Shown here: piece after piece, positions 1 through 8,202 of the stretch
How the letters are laid out: the number at the start of each line of letters is the position of its first letter
How positions within the stretch are numbered: position 1 is the stretch's first letter
NCBI GenBank assembly: GCA_021650915.1
Contig: CP091279.1
Span: 1,200,001 to 1,232,000 of the forward strand
Origin: Candidatus Brocadia sp.
GTDB taxonomy: Bacteria; Planctomycetota; Brocadiia; Brocadiales; Brocadiaceae
Reading direction: 5' to 3'
Length of the DNA stretch: 32,000 bases
The notes under the pieces: model-generated
Databases searched by the model: none
What the model was told of the DNA's origin: nothing
Seen by the model: the letters and a program-made list of their open reading frames with translations, nothing else
Position numbers and translations under genes: made by a program

Positions 1-423
1 TTTAAAACGGACATCCTTGTGTCGACGAAAGATGCGACAGTATTCGCTGTAGTATGCAGTGGCAATATTATTGATTCGTTGAGGGATGCACTGACGTACC
101 GTAATACCCATAATATCCTTTCTTTTAATAGCATCATGGATTTTACCGGCATTTACTCTGTCAATAGCTTCATCTGCATCAATATAAAGGATCCATTCAC
201 CACGTGCGCAACTGATGGAATGATTACGTGCAGCCGAAAAGTCTTCTGTCCATGGGAATTGAGATACTTTTGCTTTATATTTATTGGCTATTTTTATAGT
301 TTCATCCGTTGAGCCAGTATCGACAACTATAATTTCGTCTACAAAAGCACCAATACTGTCTAAACAATATGGCAGAAGAAAAGCTTCATTTTTGACAATA
401 AGGCATGCAGATAGTTGTATCAT
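1..423 (-). CDS. Glycosyltransferase family 2, N-terminal 141 codons (gene continues past the left edge)
   Basis: Own minus-strand translation from ATG at 423-421: MIQLSACLIVKNEAFLLPYCLDSIGAFVDEIIVVDTGSTDETIKIANKY...DFSAARN...WILYIDADE. The VVDTGSTD and DAD (DxD) motifs are typical of GT-A/GT2. It is missing from the ORF track because no stop lies in the window. Listed + ORF 19..312 is its antisense shadow. Confidence 0.85.
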   Translation of the reverse strand, partial: MIQLSACLIVKNEAFLLPYCLDSIGAFVDEIIVVDTGSTDETIKIANKYKAKVSQFPWTEDFSAARNHSISCARGEWILYIDADEAIDRVNAGKIHDAIKRKDIMGITVRQCIPQRINNIATAYYSEYCRIFRRHKDVRFK

Positions 424-430
424 ATATCTA

Positions 431-532
431 TTAATCGTCTCATAATAGAACACACATTAAGCTGTCCGTTTAGCGCTTCAATATTGGAGAAGAAAAGCAT
501 ACGACGAATCAATACAATTATGAGACCCTTAA
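431..532 (+). mobile_element. MITE-like non-autonomous element, copy A (102 bp, TA flanks at 429-430 and 533-534)
   Basis: Aligns end to end with the reverse complement of 21700..21800 (1 substitution, 1 single-nt indel). Imperfect terminal inverted repeats TTAAtcGTCTCATAAT / ATTATGAGACccTTAA. No internal ORF. Homology stops exactly at TA on both sides. Confidence 0.75.
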
Positions 533-543
533 TATAAAACACT

Positions 544-584
544 CCCCCCATTATCCTCTTTTAATCAAAAGCGGATAATGGAGG
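544..584 (-). terminator. Rho-independent terminator downstream of fliC
   Basis: On the minus strand, CCUCCAUUAUCC pairs with GGAUAAUGGGGG (one G.U). An inner CUUUU/AAAAG stem closes a 4-nt loop. Followed by AGUGUUUUAUAUU, 29 nt after the fliC stop. Confidence 0.55.
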
Positions 585-612
585 ATTTATTGTTAGCTTT
601 TTTAGGATGATT

Positions 613-1542
613 CTATTTGAAAAGACTGAGAATAGCCTGTGGGCCAGAATTTGCTTGTGCAAGCATTGCACTGGCAGTTTGTTGTAATATCTGGAGCTTC
701 GTTGACTCTAATTGTTCAAATGCCATATCAGCATCTTCGATTCTGCTCCGTGCTCCCTCAGTATTCGTTTGTGCAACACTTAAGGTTGCCTCCTGATAAG
801 TAAGTCTGTTTACCACGGCACCAATATAACTCAAGGCTTCTGATACATCAGCAACAGCATTATCTAGCCTGGCCATTAGTAAGTGTGCAGATGCAGAAGA
901 GCCTAATAAGGAACCTGCAAGCGTATTCCCGCTAAGACGCGTCCCACCGCTACTTGCATCAAGCCGTAGCTGACTTGCACGAAAACCGGTATTACCACTT
1001 TCAAGGCTTACGTTACCAGTCCTCAGCAGATTAAACTGCAATAAATCATTGGTAGAACTATTTCCAGCGCCAATTTGAAATTTGAAGAGGACGTTACCTG
1101 CAGTAGCATTACTCGAAGCAGTTCCATTAAATATATTTTTAGAATTCCATGTAGCTTGCTGAACTTCAAGGTCAATTTGATTAGACAGCGCTGCAAGTTC
1201 CGCTTTAATGGCGGTACGCTCTGATGTGCCAAGTGAATCATCCGCAGCCTGAATTGCCTTTGCCTTCATCTGTGTCAATATCTCCACAATATTGTTCAGG
1301 TGACCTTCTCCCACCGACAACAGATTTTTAGCCGATCCAATATTGTTTAATGCTTGTCCTAGACCTTTTGCCCGGACATTCATTTTTTTTGCAATACTAT
1401 ACCCAGCGGCATCGTCAGCCGCATTATTAATTCTTTTCCCGGTGGCAAGACGCAATTGTGCCACAGACATTCGATTATTTACATCAGTTAATGACCGCAG
1501 AGCATTTAGAGCACCAATATTGGTGTTTATTCTTGTACTCAT
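613..1542 (-). CDS. fliC: Flagellin
   Basis: N-terminus MSTRINTNIGALNALRSL...RLATGKRINNAADDAAGYSIA and C-terminus ...DADMAFEQLESTKLQILQQTASAMLAQANSGPQAILSLF are the conserved flagellin D0/D1 helices. AAGGAGG lies 7 nt upstream of the ATG. Confidence 0.95.
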   Translation of the reverse strand: MSTRINTNIGALNALRSLTDVNNRMSVAQLRLATGKRINNAADDAAGYSIAKKMNVRAKGLGQALNNIGSAKNLLSVGEGHLNNIVEILTQMKAKAIQAADDSLGTSERTAIKAELAALSNQIDLEVQQATWNSKNIFNGTASSNATAGNVLFKFQIGAGNSSTNDLLQFNLLRTGNVSLESGNTGFRASQLRLDASSGGTRLSGNTLAGSLLGSSASAHLLMARLDNAVADVSEALSYIGAVVNRLTYQEATLSVAQTNTEGARSRIEDADMAFEQLESTKLQILQQTASAMLAQANSGPQAILSLFK

Positions 1543-1743
1543 ACTTAAACCTCCTTGATGAAGAGTAATTAAATAAACTATCTCATTTATGCGTTAGATA
1601 TTATAGTCATGCCTTATTAAGCATGTTGTCTGGCATACCTGATATTACAGTCACTTGCTAATATCTATTCAAGAATTTCGTAACCTTTTATATGTTATGA
1701 TCAGAGCTTATGAATAATCCAGATGCCAGCACTTCGTCTATTT

Positions 1744-3504
1744 TCATCTTGTAACCGATACTTCATTATTATGCCTGGCAGGCGCTGCTATGACATTTTC
1801 ATTGGCACTCATCTGCATAAACTTAATAAACCGTTTGAACAACTCTTTGTCATAATTCCCATCTTTTTCTTTTACCATGTGCTGTAATACCTGAAAAACC
1901 GGACTTGTATTTTTTTCTGTGATCCTCGACAACGCTATTTCAAATTCATCCAGGATATGGGCAATCCGACTATAATTGTGGATTTCTTCACCTTTTAAAC
2001 CATATGGATATCCCTCTCCATTATATTGTTCATGGTGTTGCTTAGCAATGAGACTAGCTTCTTTAGCTAAATTACCAGCGCTGGATAATACAACAAAACC
2101 CATATCAGGATGTTTTCGTAATATTTCTTTTTCTACTTTTGTCAACTTGTCAAAATCCCTTTGTGAGGCATGCGAGTCTAATTTCATTTTTCCGATATCA
2201 TGAAATAACAGACCGCTTCCCAAGGACAGGAGATCTCTCGCGGAAATACCCAAATACTGACCAAACAATAAACCCATTATTGCAACATTTACTGAGTGGT
2301 TAGAGATATTTCCATTGTACATCAATACCTTTATAAAATTTGAACAAACCTCCTTATCCCTTGATATAAAGTCCAATATAACCGATATCCATTCCTTTCC
2401 TCTTTCGATAATAACAAAAATATTTGAACTTTTTAACGTATCTGTTATCATGTTTGTCGCTATGTTATAAATGATCCCGATCTTTTCCTGCCGTGTGGAC
2501 AGTTCATCATTCATTATATCCCTGAGGTTCGCTTCCATATATCGAAGGTATTGTGCATTTCCATTTTTTGCAACATAAATTTTATTGACATTTTTCTTCA
2601 CGAAGGATTCTTTCCGTTCGTCATCGAACAGGTTGTTGCCCTTACAATACAACAAATAGTTATTTTCTTGATTTACTACCGTTTGCAAATACACATCACA
2701 TTCCGTAAATGCGCCTGTCTTTATGCTTCTCAATGTCACCGGTAAATATTTGTTGTTCTTATTCTGATAAGTTGTTGTAAGCTGATCTATCTTATTCAAC
2801 TTTTTATATTCTGGATAAAAGCCGGAATCTTTTATCGCAACAGATGTATAGCCCGCAATCATCTCTAAAAACCGAACTTCTTCATCCGTATACAATTCTC
2901 CGTATTTTTTATTATTTACACTTATTACTCCAACAACCTTACCTTGGACTTTAATAGGGACGCAAATCAAGGTGTTGCCAAAAAAATACCACATCGCGTG
3001 TTTATAAAAGCGCTCATCTTGTTTAAAATTATTTACGACAATTGAATTACCATGCTTTGCTATCCATCCAATGGGGTCTTCACCGATTTTGAATATCATG
3101 TTATCTGCTGTTAGCTGCGGAAGACCTATTGAGTTTTTTACAAGTACTTCTTCTCCCTTAACCAAAGCAACAATTCCAGATAAACTATTGGTGCCACTAA
3201 CAATAAAATTATTAACAAGAGGAAACAATCGTTCCAAATCGAGCACAGAAATCAGAGCGTGGCCTATTTCTCTCAAATTTAATTCTTCAAGAGTCCCATG
3301 AAAATAATTTTTGGACTCATTTACATCACGAACATTTTGTAATAGCTGATATAACTTCGTGAGACATCTAATATCATGTAACGTATCTTGAACGGTTTTT
3401 ATATCTTCAAGAATTGTATTGTCTACGGTGGCCGTGGTCATACAAGCTTTCCCAACAAATAATTCAATCCTGTAGAATACGCTATTTGTTCCAAAGCAAG
3501 ACAA
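1744..3504 (-). CDS. GAF-domain HD-GYP c-di-GMP phosphodiesterase (likely start at 3441, MTTATVDN...)
   Basis: C-terminal HD (LLFHDIGKMKL) and GYP (HHEQYNGEGYPYGLKGEEI) motifs. A central GAF-like segment sits upstream (...ICVPIKVQGKVVGVISVNNK...). Confidence 0.85.
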   Translation of the reverse strand: MSCFGTNSVFYRIELFVGKACMTTATVDNTILEDIKTVQDTLHDIRCLTKLYQLLQNVRDVNESKNYFHGTLEELNLREIGHALISVLDLERLFPLVNNFIVSGTNSLSGIVALVKGEEVLVKNSIGLPQLTADNMIFKIGEDPIGWIAKHGNSIVVNNFKQDERFYKHAMWYFFGNTLICVPIKVQGKVVGVISVNNKKYGELYTDEEVRFLEMIAGYTSVAIKDSGFYPEYKKLNKIDQLTTTYQNKNNKYLPVTLRSIKTGAFTECDVYLQTVVNQENNYLLYCKGNNLFDDERKESFVKKNVNKIYVAKNGNAQYLRYMEANLRDIMNDELSTRQEKIGIIYNIATNMITDTLKSSNIFVIIERGKEWISVILDFISRDKEVCSNFIKVLMYNGNISNHSVNVAIMGLLFGQYLGISARDLLSLGSGLLFHDIGKMKLDSHASQRDFDKLTKVEKEILRKHPDMGFVVLSSAGNLAKEASLIAKQHHEQYNGEGYPYGLKGEEIHNYSRIAHILDEFEIALSRITEKNTSPVFQVLQHMVKEKDGNYDKELFKRFIKFMQMSANENVIAAPARHNNEVSVTR

Positions 3505-4146
3505 GTGCCAAATTGTTTTTATAAGGTACTAACCAATTACAGATGAATAGGTTAGCACTTTACGAAACAATACTACGGAAGATAAAGAGCAGTCAAATTC
3601 TTAAACATTAAATATGGGATGTGTAAATTTTTTCGATACCGAGGAAAAAAAGACATGTTATTCCGCTTCCTTTGCAGGTGTGTGCTATACAATGGTTTTT
3701 AAACATCACAATTGGGTTTTCTCGTTGCAGGTTGTCCGCAAATGCAACGGCAAGCGGAATAGCAAACAAAGGAAATTACAGGTAAATTAACTGTGATCGG
3801 TGAAAAATCAGGAAACGTTTAAGATTTTTCCATTCAAAACATATTATTGTATCTTTGTATAAAAAAGTACATGAAACTGCCCAAAAAGAGATTGTTTCCC
3901 TTGCATCATCTTGTACCACTGTGCTTTATTCCCTATTCCGGCATCTTTTTTAGATTCCATCCAATACCCATCCGTTTAAACTCTGCATCCACTTTTGTCA
4001 GTCCTCTCTCTCGTCTTTTTTAAGAGAGGTTCCCGAAGATCTATTAAAAGTTCAGTCACTTTAGCGGGTTGCAGTTATTTGCAATTCACTGCTCATCGAA
4101 AGGCTGCACGGGCTAAAGCCCATGGCTATCATTTCTTCCTGTAAAT

Positions 4147-4212
4147 AAAAAAAGCCTCACGGCAAAAATGTCTTTTCAAAAAACATCTTCGGCAGTAAGG
4201 CTTTCTTTTTTT
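4147..4212 (-). terminator. Bidirectional-looking intrinsic terminator at the end of the Bat operon
   Basis: AAAGCCTCAC (4151-4160) pairs with GTAAGGCTTT (4195-4204); the one mismatch becomes a G.U wobble on the minus strand. Flanked by A7 (4147-4153, U7 on the minus transcript) and T7 (4206-4212). Confidence 0.5.
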
Positions 4213-4354
4213 CGACAGCAGAGGCGTATTGCAATACGTCTCTACAAAAGACTCTGTTAATTTGCGTTACCGGATCACTCCGGGTTTGCCTTTATCGTAA
4301 TGTCTATTCTCCTGACAATTTAAATTTACGGGATTTTGAAGTCAATACCATTTT

Positions 4355-4486
4355 TTAGCCTTGCTTTGGCAAAGGTGCTTTATTATCCCGTCTTCCGGAA
4401 ATAATGCCTAAGATAAGAAAGCCTAGCATCACAGTAATAAACGTGATATATGCAGCGATCAGTAGCTTTCCATAGAGTCCACCCAT
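4355..4486 (-). CDS. 43-aa single-pass membrane micro-protein, last gene of the Bat operon (hypothetical)
   Basis: Own translation: MGGLYGKLLIAAYITFITVMLGFLILGIISGRRDNKAPLPKQG. One clear hydrophobic helix followed by a basic tail. Starts 9 nt after the batE stop, with AGGGG 6 nt upstream. Below the ORF-track size cutoff. Confidence 0.4.
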   Translation of the reverse strand: MGGLYGKLLIAAYITFITVMLGFLILGIISGRRDNKAPLPKQG

Positions 4487-4495
4487 TTCACACCC

Positions 4496-5404
4496 CTAAA
4501 TCATATCCACATATTTTTTTTGCAACCATCCTCTCCTCACGTCTTTGCCTGTCTTCTCTCCGACACTTGTATCGGTGCCTGTGCCTTGCCTTACTCCTAC
4601 CTTTACATATACCCGGTACCAATCGTTTTTCTCATCCTCAATCACGCATTCGGCGCCATTATGGATTTCAAATTTCGGCTCATATTCCTCTCCGGGTCCG
4701 TATCGCACCTCGCACTTTGCAACAATAATCACCCCTTGGCTCACTCCTTGCTCATGATAAATTTTCATGCCCAGGGACACCAAGACGACAAAGAGGGCTG
4801 AAGCAAAACCAATGAATACCTTTTTCATGCATGCATATTTACGGATGCTCGAAAAGAACAAGACGGCCATCACCACGACGTACAACGATATTGCCACGAA
4901 CGATAATTCGTTCAGGTTCAGGAAAAACAACCAAAAGAATACCCACCTCACCACAACAGGAATTTCTGCTGACAATTCTTTATCCGCGGTGGCACCTTTT
5001 ACCAGTCTCAGATTCGCATTGAGATCGGCATTTCCCGGCATGAGCCGTTCCGCTCTTCGGTAGTTTGCTATTGCCTTCCCCAGTTCTCCACGCCGATAAT
5101 AGGTATTTCCCAGGTTATAATAGATCTGGCCATTCCTGAATCCACCTGCCAGCGCCGTCTCATAGAGTTCCGCTGTTTCTTGTAACATCTGATTTGCTTT
5201 CGGTATATTATTTGATGCAACCAGCTTCATCGCCTGCAGATATTTTTCATTGGCATCCGTAAATAATTTTACGGCATCGTCTCTTGAAATTTTGGATTTC
5301 GGATTGCGGATTTCAGATTGCACAAATTCACCCTGCGCATTCGGTATTCCACAGTTCAAAAAAGGAATGAGAACTAAAAAAAGAACACAGAAACGCAGCT
5401 TCAC
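4496..5404 (-). CDS. batE: BatE-like TPR + C-terminal SH3b protein
   Basis: Signal peptide, TPR repeats (YYNLGNTYYRRGELGKAIANYRRAERL), TM helices, and an SH3-like C-terminus (...NDWYRVYVKVG...RGWLQKKYV). GTG start overlaps the batD stop (GTGA). Confidence 0.7.
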   Translation of the reverse strand: MKLRFCVLFLVLIPFLNCGIPNAQGEFVQSEIRNPKSKISRDDAVKLFTDANEKYLQAMKLVASNNIPKANQMLQETAELYETALAGGFRNGQIYYNLGNTYYRRGELGKAIANYRRAERLMPGNADLNANLRLVKGATADKELSAEIPVVVRWVFFWLFFLNLNELSFVAISLYVVVMAVLFFSSIRKYACMKKVFIGFASALFVVLVSLGMKIYHEQGVSQGVIIVAKCEVRYGPGEEYEPKFEIHNGAECVIEDEKNDWYRVYVKVGVRQGTGTDTSVGEKTGKDVRRGWLQKKYVDMI

Positions 5405-7275
5405 GATAATTGCCTCTCTATCTTAGTAATAAGTTCTTCAGCGATCTGCAACGAACGCTCCATCTCGTTCAATGTCCCGCTGTCTCTCGAGAATCGCCAG
5501 TGGTCATAGTCCTTCAAACGACGGGAAACCTCTTCGATAATATCATCTTTCACCCCTCGTTGCTGTAACAGGGCAGTCACTTTACCTTCCGTAGCGCTTG
5601 CCGGCGGAATATTGAATTTATCCGCCAAATAATCGGACATGGCCCTGGAAAGGCAGGAATAAAATTCTCCCTGCAGGTTCTGACGGAGCGCGGATTGCGC
5701 CATTTCCAGTCTCTTTTTTGCCACTGCATGCGCCCGTCTCGTCCTGGCATATCCAATATCAGAGGCCAGCCGATCCTTATGCCGGCGAAACAAAAAGGAG
5801 GCAACAACTGCAACGGCAGGAATAAAAAGGCCTCCGATGATGAACGGATTCTGATAAACAAGATTTCCTTGATTCCGCAATGCGGCCAGATTGGTCATAA
5901 TGGGTAGGATATCCTCCGCAAGCAGTTGCACCTGGCGTTTTACCGGCATCGCCTTGTCATGAGAAAGCGTTAGCTGGATGGGTACTTCCTGTTCCCCCGC
6001 CTCTACAGTAATGGGGATCGGTTCTTTGGTAATCGTTTTATAGTGCCCCGTACGGGGGTCGAAAAAGCTAAACACGATTGCCGGAGTAGCTTTCAGATCT
6101 GGCTTTTGAGGCTCAATGACCTTGCTAAACACCTTTCGCCCCCGGATCAGTTCTTCCCGGTTTGTAATCTGTGTCTGAGATTCTGCGGGATACATTTTAA
6201 AATCGTTTTCCTGGTTTACCACCAGCGCCGGTTCATTGATCGTCTGGATATTTCCCTCGCCATAGATCGAAAAAGAAAGCGTGATCGGATCACCCACCTT
6301 TACATGCTGCGCCTTTGTTGAGACTTCCATATGAAAGTCGCCCACCGCACCTTTAAATTCCCTGGGTTTCCCTTCCTCCGGCAACGGTTTCACTTTGAGC
6401 GCGATAGAATTTGTAGTCCTTTCAACGGGGTATCGCTTTTGTTCTCTGTCAAAAAAATCATCGAAGAAGGCATCGCCAAAGAAACTATCAGGCGATGTAT
6501 TCCTCCGGTCTCTTCGTTGCTGAACGATCAAATTACATTTCACTCTGGCAGGCGATATCGTTAGTTCTCCGGTCATCATCGGAAATATAGCCGTACGCAG
6601 TTCCAGGACATTGAAGAGAATACCGTCACGGATCTCCTCATATTGTCTCTGGTCACCAAGCTTTTCTTCCATGAAGCTTTTTGTAGTCGGTGCATCATAA
6701 TCTATATCACCAACCGGCAATCCTTTTTGAAAATAGAATTTGAAGGACAGCACGATCTGTTCGTATACATACGCCTCATTTTTATCAACGTTCAAATCAA
6801 CAAAGACAAGCTTTTCCAGGTCCGGGGCTTGTGCATCTGCAGAACGGGGGGTATCAACCACTTCCACCGTTAACGGCTGAGAAGAATAGACCTTTCCTTT
6901 GTATTCCACCGTTGATTGCCCAATGGTGAATTTCCCTTTTGCGGTAGGTTGTAACACATAGGTATAGCCTTTACTGACTGAGACGGCTCCGTTCACGATT
7001 CTGGTTTCCGCGGAAATGCTTGGACCATAGAGCAGGGTGAACCCATCCATGGCTGGAAAAGACGGGTGTGCAGTATCATGAGTACCATGAATAGTTAGTG
7101 TCAATTTGAGTTGATCGTTTAACGTCAGGATATTCTGATCAATAGTTGCCGTTAACTGAATATCCTGGGCGCAGAGGCTTCCCACACAACCCATGATGAT
7201 AAAAACGGAAATCAAAATGCTGTAACAATGTTTATCCACTCTCATCTGAAAAACCTTTTTGAAAGAAATTACCAA
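5401..7275 (-). CDS. batD: BatD-like oxygen-tolerance protein (alternative ATG start at 7245)
   Basis: 624 aa: signal peptide, long beta-rich ectodomain, one TM (FIIGGLFIPAVAVVASFLF) and a helical cytoplasmic tail. Sits in the canonical position after batC. Confidence 0.7.
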   Translation of the reverse strand: MVISFKKVFQMRVDKHCYSILISVFIIMGCVGSLCAQDIQLTATIDQNILTLNDQLKLTLTIHGTHDTAHPSFPAMDGFTLLYGPSISAETRIVNGAVSVSKGYTYVLQPTAKGKFTIGQSTVEYKGKVYSSQPLTVEVVDTPRSADAQAPDLEKLVFVDLNVDKNEAYVYEQIVLSFKFYFQKGLPVGDIDYDAPTTKSFMEEKLGDQRQYEEIRDGILFNVLELRTAIFPMMTGELTISPARVKCNLIVQQRRDRRNTSPDSFFGDAFFDDFFDREQKRYPVERTTNSIALKVKPLPEEGKPREFKGAVGDFHMEVSTKAQHVKVGDPITLSFSIYGEGNIQTINEPALVVNQENDFKMYPAESQTQITNREELIRGRKVFSKVIEPQKPDLKATPAIVFSFFDPRTGHYKTITKEPIPITVEAGEQEVPIQLTLSHDKAMPVKRQVQLLAEDILPIMTNLAALRNQGNLVYQNPFIIGGLFIPAVAVVASFLFRRHKDRLASDIGYARTRRAHAVAKKRLEMAQSALRQNLQGEFYSCLSRAMSDYLADKFNIPPASATEGKVTALLQQRGVKDDIIEEVSRRLKDYDHWRFSRDSGTLNEMERSLQIAEELITKIERQLS

Positions 7276-8198
7276 TCCTTTTCAACAGACTTATGCTGCA
7301 GACGCTGTTTATCCCGCATCATTTGCCGTGTCTCCTTTTCGGCATGATCTAACGCGTCAAGAAACCGCTCAGCCTCCTCTTTTGACATTTGTCTCTGGCC
7401 TTGAGGTTGCTGCGACTGGGACTGCTGTTGCTGTTGCGTCTGTTGTTCCTTTTGTTTATCCGTATCCGATTGATCCTGCCTGTTCTCTTCGGAATGCTTA
7501 TCGTTTTTCGGGGTATCTTCCGGGCGAGGCTGCTGCTGGTCCTGCTGCGATTCGTCATTTTCTTTCTTCTCGTCTTTGTTTTCCTTTTGGCGTTGATCTT
7601 CCTTATTGTCCTTGTCGTCCTGCTGCTTCTGCTGCTGGTCGTTCTGATTTTGATTCTTCTTATCCTCCTCCGCCTGTTGTTGCTGCTGCTGCTGCTTCTG
7701 TTCGTTTTCTTTTATCTTGCGTTCAACGTATTCGTAATTATATCTGGCATCGTTTTTCAGGGTATCGATTGACTCATTACCCTTGTGTTTCAGATCATCA
7801 GCAAAATCCACTGCTTTCTTATAATATTCCATAGCCTCTTTCATCTTTCCCTGCCGGTACAGGGTATTCCCCATATTAAAGCTTGCCTTCGCCTGCATCT
7901 CAGGGCTGCCGGATTGTACCACCTTGTCAAACCATTGAGCAGCCTCATCATATTTTTTCCTTTGATACTGGGTATCGGCTATATTAAAGTCTAATTGGGA
8001 AATCTGAGGGGAATCGATCTGGGCATTAACATATTTATCCAATGCCTCATCATAGGCACCACGATGATACAATTCATTCCCTTCTCTCACCTTATCAGCC
8101 AGTGGATCAATCCATCCCAGGGAAACCAGCACAAGGAACACCCTCACAAAAAAACCCGATGTGTGCATCCTCCTTTTTTTATTCAGTATACCCGTCAT
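7269..8198 (-). CDS. batC: BatC-like TPR protein with a long Q/D/E/K low-complexity C-terminal half
   Basis: N-terminal TM and TPRs (YHRGAYDEALDKY, FNMGNTLYRQGKMKEAMEYYKKA), then about 110 aa of QQQQQQAEEDKKNQNQNDQQQKQQDDKD... Confidence 0.7.
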   Translation of the reverse strand: MTGILNKKRRMHTSGFFVRVFLVLVSLGWIDPLADKVREGNELYHRGAYDEALDKYVNAQIDSPQISQLDFNIADTQYQRKKYDEAAQWFDKVVQSGSPEMQAKASFNMGNTLYRQGKMKEAMEYYKKAVDFADDLKHKGNESIDTLKNDARYNYEYVERKIKENEQKQQQQQQQAEEDKKNQNQNDQQQKQQDDKDNKEDQRQKENKDEKKENDESQQDQQQPRPEDTPKNDKHSEENRQDQSDTDKQKEQQTQQQQQSQSQQPQGQRQMSKEEAERFLDALDHAEKETRQMMRDKQRLQHKSVEKDW

Positions 8199-8202
8199 TT
8201 GC

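Noticed and set aside
19-312. 97-aa + strand ORF
   Set aside because: It is antisense to a minus-strand reading frame with unmistakable GT2 motifs. Its own sequence has no recognisable features.
1383-1390. A8/T8 homopolymer inside fliC as a slipped-strand phase-variation switch
   Set aside because: Runs of 7-8 A/T occur several times in this AT-leaning window (e.g. 14177-14185, 4206-4212). A single 8-mer is expected by chance and is too short to argue for phase variation.
1543-1743. Sigma-28 (FliA) promoter for fliC
   Set aside because: There is no TAAA-N15-GCCGATAA-like match. The closest fragment (TAAAAGGT...AATAGATA) is poor.
4450-5063. Cluster of + strand ORFs (4450..4728, 4520..4801, 4545..4757, 4767..5063, 4831..5022)
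   Set aside because: All are antisense to batE, which has TPR and SH3b features and operon coupling. They have low-complexity, basic compositions typical of shadow ORFs.
7259-7834. 191-aa and 127-aa + strand ORFs opposite batC
   Set aside because: They mirror the Q/D/E/K repeat tract (poly-L/A/V translations). This is an artefact of low-complexity DNA lacking stops on the opposite strand.
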